64,000 nucleotides of DNA from Cyanidioschyzon merolae (Eukaryota): assembly GCA_000091205.1 (NCBI GenBank), contig AP006492.2; one strand, written 5' to 3'. Position 1 is the stretch's first letter, and every line of letters begins with the position of its first letter. This document shows, one piece after another, positions 57,850 to 64,000 of this stretch. Under the pieces are notes generated by a model, which was given only the letters and a program-made list of their open reading frames with translations, was not told the DNA's origin and did no database searches. The translations under genes and the position numbers were made by a program.

Positions 57850-60232
57850 TACAAACTGCATCTGCGTTGAAGTCGTAGCAAAGTATAGTTTTTCAGTTGA
57901 ATCGTGTCTCTACCCCGAAGTGAGTGTATTCAAATGATTTTTCGCGGTTTATAGCAGAAGCGATCAATGTGCGTTCATTTGCAAAAATAAATAAAAAGGA
58001 TAGTTATGGAAATGGAAGTGGAGGGTCCTCGAAACACCGGTATCGCCGGCTGGCGGGAGCGACGGAAACGAGTCCCGACCAAAGTGAGACAAGACAAGAC
58101 CAAGAAGTAAAAGAGGGAGGCGCGACGTCAAAGGCTGCAAGAAAGACGACACTGCGACGAGATGGTGGTGAAAGCCTGTCTTCTTGGACATATCAACGAT
58201 CCGTACAAGCAAAAGTTGCTAGAGGCCGTCAGAAAGCTTGTCGAGTCGTACTCGATGAGTATGATAAGGGACTCTTCAGGACGAATGCATTTGATGAAGG
58301 AGATATATCTCGACGTTATGGACATCAAAACCGTCGAGGCTCTGGAAGAGTTTTTCAACAAGACTTTTATTCGTCACCTGATGCTTGGCACAGGGGAAAC
58401 GTCGAGGAAAAGTGAGCGAGTGCACGACCTCCGCGAAAACATCGCCGACTTCCGCTTCAACCGTACTCGATACAGGGGTGACTGGCGCATTTACGCATAC
58501 GGGGCGATGAAGCACTTCACGATCCTACAGAACCATGTGACCATGAACCTCGAACGTTTCTTGATACGCTCTGTCTTCGTGCCGTACCCGGGCCTGTCTT
58601 ACAAAGCGATATGGGCCATCATCGGGGGCATCACGAACGATCGACAGAAGGAACAGGATATCGAATTCTTCGACAAGAAGGCATCACACTGGAGCATGAA
58701 TGAAGCTTCTGTGAAACATGCCGCTATTCAAGAGCACCGTGCGATCTTGGGGCTCGACAACCCAGCAGCAAAGGGTATCAGTTATAATAATGGATGAAGA
58801 CAGGTGTTATCCCATCATTCTGTGGTGTTTAGTGTTTCTGAATCGAGAACTCGAACGCAAGCGGAGATGGAGCAGAGTGTGCGAAAAATGAAGAGTCGTT
58901 GAAACTGAAGAGTTCCCTACTAGAAAAGCGCGTGAACGTCGTCCCGTTTTGGAACATCAAAAGACATTTTGTTCCAATCGACTCCGCAGCGCTCAATGGC
59001 AACATAAAGGAGATCACTCCGGAGTTCGATATACGGAATATAGAGTTCACCGGCGAAAACCAGGAGACGTACTGGAAGAATATCTTCGATTTGAAACGTA
59101 TCAAAACGAACAAAAAAACTATTCACCGGGATGATCGACACCGATAGAGTCTTCATTTGTGTTCATTATCGGCGCTTGAAAGCGGGCCGCCCTTGTACGT
59201 CTTCGATATCGCCCTCGGCGAAGCATGAAGATGTGAACGAGGCAGGTCCTGCGACGCGGGAAGTGCAGAAAAACGACTTTGTCATAGGCGCGGGCCCGGG
59301 AACATGAATATCGTTACCATCGCGGCACACAAAAATGGGGAAGATGGCATTGACGGTATCTCAAGTCAGAAAGACTTGGATCTTGTAAAGAGCTCAAGAG
59401 CAAGACATTACCGAGACTCGGGTTTAATGAATGCAAGGGCGAAATGTGAGACGTGCAGTGCAAGAGTGAAAGAGAATCTGGAAGCGATCAGCCAGGAGAC
59501 GAGTCGCGGAGCGGACTTAAGAGCTTTTCGGGAGTTCACGAAAATTTGCGTTGCTCATGACGAGGCGCTCTGGAACGAGTGTACAAAGCCCCAGTGGGCT
59601 CGTCTGCGTATGAATCTATACTGTGGGAAGCAGCGTGCATTCGCTAACGTTTTGAATCAGATGAGCGCCCTCAAGGGGGACAAGAGTCAGAGGCGTGTAA
59701 TAGCATACAGAGCAGGGCGCAGGGTGTCCAAAAAAGAAGCATACCTGCTCCACCGACAAGAGCGTCCAAGGAGTGCGCACACCGTTTTGTCACAATACCT
59801 ATAGATCAGTTCCGGACGTCCTATACACACCATGAGCTGGGATGTACACTTCAGAGGGTCGAGATAGTAAAGTGCCAGCGGAGCCATAAGGATATTGAAA
59901 ATGCGTAGTGCTGACGGAAGAGTAAAGGGGAAGAAGGGCGAAAGTTGGAGGATTGCTTGCACTGGTGCGTACAACCAACGACGGCAAGAAACGCATGGAG
60001 CTTGTGAATCATGACTTTAATGCCGCCGTCTATGACAGGAGATGTGCAGTGCTAAAAACAAGACCGGCGGAGTTGACGCGAACGAAATTCGTGGAGCAGC
60101 CTTTCATACTCTATGTGTAAAACAAGCTGAAACCCATAACAGGCGGCCGGTAGATAGAGTTCGGGAGGCAGCTTCGAGTCAGTGAATATATGTCCTCTAT
60201 GGTCGCGAAACGTTTTCGCTCCTTTGATCACC
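57850..60232 (+). mobile_element. Family-A element, copy 2 (about 2.4 kb). It is a TnpB/Fanzor-like pseudogene inserted between two divergently transcribed genes.
   Basis: The 5' end matches copy 1. ORFs 58162..58797, 58899..59147 and 59304..59804 are homologous to copy-1 ORFs. For example, 'EAISQETSRGADLRAFREFTKICVAHDEALWNECTKPQWARLRMNLYCGKQRAFANVLNQMSALKGDKSQRRVIAYRAGRR' corresponds to copy-1 'EAISQMTSRGADFQAFLELMKIRAAHYEALWKEYTETSWARQRTSLCGEKKRAFTNFFNQLGALK'. The RuvC-I region is degenerate ('GAGPGT' where copy 1 has 'SVDPGN'). RuvC-III 'THGACES*L*CRRL*QEMCSAKNKT' is broken by stops. The tail is 'gggaggcagcttcgagtcagtg...ctctatggtcgcgaaacgttttcgctcc'. Confidence 0.65.
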
Positions 60233-60245
60233 TTGCTGGTTGTCA

Positions 60246-61322
60246 ATGTGGCTTCAGTATGTTGCCCGTCATACCTTGCAGAACAAACCGTTTGCTGACG
60301 TTTTCCGTAACGACTTGAAAACACAAGGTTTGTCGCGGAAATCCGGCCTAGGTTCGCTGAGGACTTGGTGCTGTTGTGGCTACGCGAATGAGCGGCGGCG
60401 CTTCCTCTGGAGTCTGGGGTGCTTCCTCACGTTCTCGTGTGCCTCTGGTGTACTGGGGGCCCACGGAGGTGAGGCTTCTGGTTCAGCTACGAAATCGTCG
60501 AGGCCGCTTTACGACCAGTGGGCAAGCACCTACGACGCACTGAATGATAGAAACTGCATTACAAAGCTCAGTGGGTTGGACAAAGCACGCGAGCTCGCAA
60601 TATCTTACACTTTTGGCCGAGTGTTAGAGATTGGCTTTGGAACGGGTATATCTCTTCGCTCTTTCATCCAAAGGGAGAAAGACCACCAGAGTCAGGCGTC
60701 GCGCCCACTAAAACCGCTCGTTCAGTCTATTGTTGGTCTCGATGCAAGTTCGGAAATGCTGCAGACAGCCCGGGAACGCGCTTACCATCTCGATGAAGAC
60801 CTACCGTTCGAACTGCGATTAGTGCATGCGGACTTGCTTGCGGCGCTACCATTTGAAGAGGAGGCCTTCGACTGTGTGCTTTGCGCGTATACGCTTTGCA
60901 CCATGCCGGACCTCGATGCAGCACTTCGGACTGCTTTGAGACTCGTCCGCCCTGGCGGACGGCTCATCCTTCTTGACCATGTTCGCTCGAATGCGAAACT
61001 TATTGCAGCATATCAGGATGTGGTGGCGCCTCTCGTCCAGAGAACAGCCAAAGACTGTCGATGGAATCGTGACCTCGAGCGCGCCCTAGACGAGAATCTA
61101 GAAGGGAGTTATCATATTCTGGAAAGTCGTCGTTTCCTAGGTGGTACCGTCGAGCTCTTGGTTGCAGAGCGGTTGGGCGCACATGACCAAAATCGGCTTT
61201 TTCGACGTGAGCCGAGCGCTGCGGATGCTTGGCAATCATGTGTGGACTCACGGAGGTGCTCGGGGCCGGCTTCACGAAATGTCGGTCACGATCCTGGGCT
61301 AGACAGCGTATTGGAATCTTAA
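60246..61322 (+). CDS. Class I SAM-dependent methyltransferase (Methyltransf_11/25 type) with a hydrophobic N-terminal segment.
   Basis: Motif I is 'VLEIGFGTGISLRSF', motif II region is 'IVGLDASSEMLQTARERA', the post-I/III region is 'AFDCVLCAYTLCTMPD', and 'VRPGGRLILLDH' is also present. The first ATG is at 60246. The ORF-track start at 60240 is TTG. Confidence 0.7.
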   Translation: MWLQYVARHTLQNKPFADVFRNDLKTQGLSRKSGLGSLRTWCCCGYANERRRFLWSLGCFLTFSCASGVLGAHGGEASGSATKSSRPLYDQWASTYDALNDRNCITKLSGLDKARELAISYTFGRVLEIGFGTGISLRSFIQREKDHQSQASRPLKPLVQSIVGLDASSEMLQTARERAYHLDEDLPFELRLVHADLLAALPFEEEAFDCVLCAYTLCTMPDLDAALRTALRLVRPGGRLILLDHVRSNAKLIAAYQDVVAPLVQRTAKDCRWNRDLERALDENLEGSYHILESRRFLGGTVELLVAERLGAHDQNRLFRREPSAADAWQSCVDSRRCSGPASRNVGHDPGLDSVLES

Positions 61323-61370
61323 CTAGCCTCAATAAATACTACTGAACGTCAGAATATTACGCACATTGGT

Positions 61371-62441
61371 TTACGAATGCGATATGGCGTATGTGAGGAG
61401 TTCCTCCTGCTCCGCGACAATAACTCGATACCAGTCGAGCTGATGACGCAGCCAATCACATTCGCGCGTGAGTCTTTCGAACTCTATCGCCGTATCTACG
61501 TTCCGATCAATCTCTTTGAAATTGTTCGCGGATTGTTGAAGTCGTCCAACCGTCTTGGCCTTGTGTGCTTTCGGAGAAAACGGGGGATGCCTCTCTGCAG
61601 GAGAGCTGGTATGCGGTTCCCTCGCTGGGCTAGGCTGACTCGCTTTCCGTTTCGCACGATACTGTTGTCGCTGTTTTGTCGCAGAGCAAAAAGGAACCGA
61701 TGGTGCCTTCGCGATGGCGCTCTGCATATCTGAATTTTGTTGCGTAGTGGCGTAGTGCACTGTATTGGTTGTGGCTAGATCATACCTGTTTGTCGCCCGG
61801 TGCGGTACGCTGGATGGCCTCGCACGATCATCACAGTTACGGTTACTTACGCTATGTGTCCTATCAATGAAGCTCCTCAAGTGGTGGATTTCCGACTGAA
61901 GCTGCCGTGACTGACTTTCTGCTTTCAACTTTTTATCCGATAGCTCTGCGTTTTGCCTTCGGAGCGCTTCCACCTGACTCCGGCCTTCCTCTATCAATCT
62001 ACGCATCTGCTCGCGCTCTTTTTCAAATATTTGGCCTGTCTTGGCAAGTTCTGTGCGGACCTGTAGTTTTTCCTCCCGAAGTCGCTCGAGTGTTCCCTGC
62101 TGTGTGTCCAGCTCTGCACGAAGTGCCCGCACCTGTGCGTCATAGTACTGTGCCGTGAGCGGCTGCTCTCTTATTTGATTAATTAGCGCGAATATTACAT
62201 TTAGAGCCTCCGCAAGGGCATATTCAGTAGCTGGTGGTTTTTGAAGCTTCCCTGTCTGAGGTCCTTCGTCGGAATTACGCTCAGCAAGGGGTTGTCTCCG
62301 CTCCGAAAGCTCCGCTTGTTCTGGAGGCAGAATAAGCCTTGGCGCTATTCCTATGCTCGTTAACTCTTCGTTCAGAAAGTTGATACAGGATCGAATAGAG
62401 TTCACGGAGCAAAAGCGGCTTCGGTCGCTATTCGAGGTCAT
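61371..62441 (-). CDS. Hypothetical coiled-coil protein of about 356 aa from the first ATG.
   Basis: A long heptad-repeat region reads 'AQVRALRAELDTQQGTLERLREEKLQVRTELAKTGQIFEKEREQMRRLIEEGRSQVEALRRQNAELSDKKLKAESQSRQLQSEIHHLRSFI'. The ORF is open to 62585 (GTG). Confidence 0.45.
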   Translation of the reverse strand: MTSNSDRSRFCSVNSIRSCINFLNEELTSIGIAPRLILPPEQAELSERRQPLAERNSDEGPQTGKLQKPPATEYALAEALNVIFALINQIREQPLTAQYYDAQVRALRAELDTQQGTLERLREEKLQVRTELAKTGQIFEKEREQMRRLIEEGRSQVEALRRQNAELSDKKLKAESQSRQLQSEIHHLRSFIDRTHSVSNRNCDDRARPSSVPHRATNRYDLATTNTVHYATTQQNSDMQSAIAKAPSVPFCSATKQRQQYRAKRKASQPSPAREPHTSSPAERHPPFSPKAHKAKTVGRLQQSANNFKEIDRNVDTAIEFERLTRECDWLRHQLDWYRVIVAEQEELLTYAISHS

Positions 62442-62789
62442 TAGTGTCTTGCGAGAACGTCGATAGCGTTTAATCCCCCGATTCGAGGCTAGCAGTCCGA
62501 CGGCCGTCGAGCGGCATTGCGGATCGCAACGGTTTTCGCGTGCCCGGATGCCGTCGCTCTGCGCTACGGAAACGCTTGCGATCACAGGCCGCCCTACTCC
62601 GGAGAGTTTACGACAGCATCAGTATGAAATGGAACGGGTCTTCGTTGTGAACTCGCACCTTCACACTAAAATTCGGAACTCTTCCCACTTCCATGAACAG
62701 CAATCTCTTGGGGATGTTCTAGATACTGCGACCTGTTCCTCGTTCTCTTATGTCCGGCTTTACAAACGAACGTCTCTTTCCTTTCCAAC

Positions 62790-63330
62790 GAGCTCTCTTG
62801 TCAGCAGTCGAAGGACGTTGACGACAGCGCTCGGTTCCAGATTTAGCGGCTTCTGGCTTTTCTCTTCGCAGCTGTTTCACAGATAGAAGTTTTGATCTGA
62901 GCTCTGCTTCCCACGTTCAACATTTTTGCATACAGCCTCGGTACACGCCTTGCTGCAGTAATACTTAACTGTGATCAGGTGTTTCCGCACGTCCACCAGG
63001 TCTTCTCCTCCGAGCTCCGCGCTGTCACGTCCGAAGGTTTCCTTCATCGCTCGGTACCTGACCATGACGGGTTCAGAGGGATCCCCCTGGGCGCCTTCTT
63101 CTGTTCCCGCGCTCGGTGCCGTCGACTGCGAACACGGGCCTCTTTCAGATGATCCACTCGAAAAGTACCCCGTCTACCGCACACTCCGGTGCATGCTGTC
63201 CGTCCGATACACAGGATTTGCGGAACACGATGCTGTTCAAGATGAAAAAAAAGTACCGGAACGAACGTCGGCTATGTTCCAAGGTCGAGAGATATCTATC
63301 CATCGGTGTAACCGTCGTGCGAAGCGATAA
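62790..63330 (-). pseudogene. Family-B TnpB-like fragment B3.
   Basis: 62801-62860 'tcagcagtcgaaggacgttgacgacagcgctcggtt' matches 46998-47033. ORF 62971..63330(+) 'GAVDCEHGPLSDDPLEKYPVYRT' matches 47038..47616(+) 'GAVPSDHGFLQDNPVEKYSVRYT'. ORF 62877..63065(-) 'DLVDVRKHLITVKYYCSKAC' matches B2 'CLADVWVRLTTAKCHWC'. Confidence 0.45.
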
Positions 63331-64000
63331 TGCGATCTCCACTGGGAGCGATTGCTGGAATAACCGAATTCCGAGCACGAGTCCCTTTTCAGTGCAAGTA
63401 GAAGAGACGGGAGCCTCTGGAAGCGAATCCCAGGAGGCATATCAAGCCGCTGCTGAATGCCGTTTCCTCGATAGCCATGGAATAACGAGACAATGTCATT
63501 CGAAGGGACTCTATTTTTCACGTAAAAATTTCGGAGAAATTTTGATCAGTGCTTGCGAACAAGTCGTAAAATGTCGATGAAGTATGTTTTGCCTTGTCCA
63601 AACAGCAACCTGAATCGCTATGCCAAGGAGATGGTGTCAAACGAACGATCAAATCCTTGAGAAACGCGTGACCGGAGCGTACTACATGCGAGCTTAGGTG
63701 ACGCGTAGAGCCTTTTGCCTGAAAGCTGCTACATGATATCGGCTATTTTACGAATCCGGACTTGAGGGCGTCGCGAATGATCTTTATGACGATCATGCGA
63801 CGAATTTAAAATTGAAGCATCGAAGGAACCGTTCCGAAAAGACGAGCGAGCATCCTGAATTACGTATGAATCCGTAATTCATTATTCCTGGACATCCAAT
63901 ATCAAGGCTAAACACCTGAAAATTCCGGAAAGAAACAGAGCTGCCGGAACAGAGCGAGTAATTCAGGGTTCTATTTTTATCTGAGATGGTTGAAAATCGT

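Noticed and set aside
1-64000. A bacterial IS605/IS607 (prokaryotic TnpB) interpretation of the nuclease ORFs, including a search for CRISPR arrays
   Set aside because: The surrounding genes (Miro, Qb-SNARE, RPL19e, Spt4, NAA40, CENP-C motif) are strictly eukaryotic. There is no TnpA/Y1 or serine recombinase partner and no direct-repeat/spacer array. A eukaryotic Fanzor-type element is the consistent reading.

Overview
This window looks like nuclear DNA from an intron-poor, plastid-bearing eukaryote with about 50% GC. It is not bacterial: it carries a full set of eukaryote-only genes (Miro GTPase, Vti1-type SNARE, ribosomal protein L19e, Spt4, NAA40 and a CENP-C-motif protein). Long uninterrupted ORFs encode glutamyl-tRNA reductase (plastid C5 haem pathway), the 2-oxoglutarate dehydrogenase E2 subunit, a biopterin-type aromatic amino acid hydroxylase with an ACT domain, a shikimate-kinase-like P-loop kinase, a SAM-dependent methyltransferase and several hypothetical or coiled-coil proteins. 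Genes sit on both strands with short spacers, several of them head-to-head or overlapping at their 3' ends. They are separated by repeat-rich stretches with no convincing coding sequence.

The most interesting content is a family of about 2.4 kb elements that encode decayed TnpB/Fanzor-like RuvC nucleases (family A: RuvC-I 'VVSVDPGNKY', zinc ribbon 'FRTSC..C', RuvC-III 'NRGFNAAISIRR'). Two near-full copies are present, along with several 3' fragments that share a conserved non-coding 3' tail. A second, diverged TnpB-like family (B) has three fragments, and there is an unrelated non-coding repeat (C). The window also holds two nested, large, near-identical inverted repeats. About 1.35 kb composite arms (repeat IR-A plus a family-A 3' end) flank roughly 13 kb. 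Inside them, a 1.19 kb inverted repeat at about 98-99% identity flanks the RPL19e gene. No rRNA, CRISPR array or convincing tRNA was seen by eye.

All calls rest on motif-level reading of the ORF translations and on manual sequence comparison. No database search was run, so family assignments other than RPL19e, GluTR, E2o, Miro and PAH should be treated as hypotheses.
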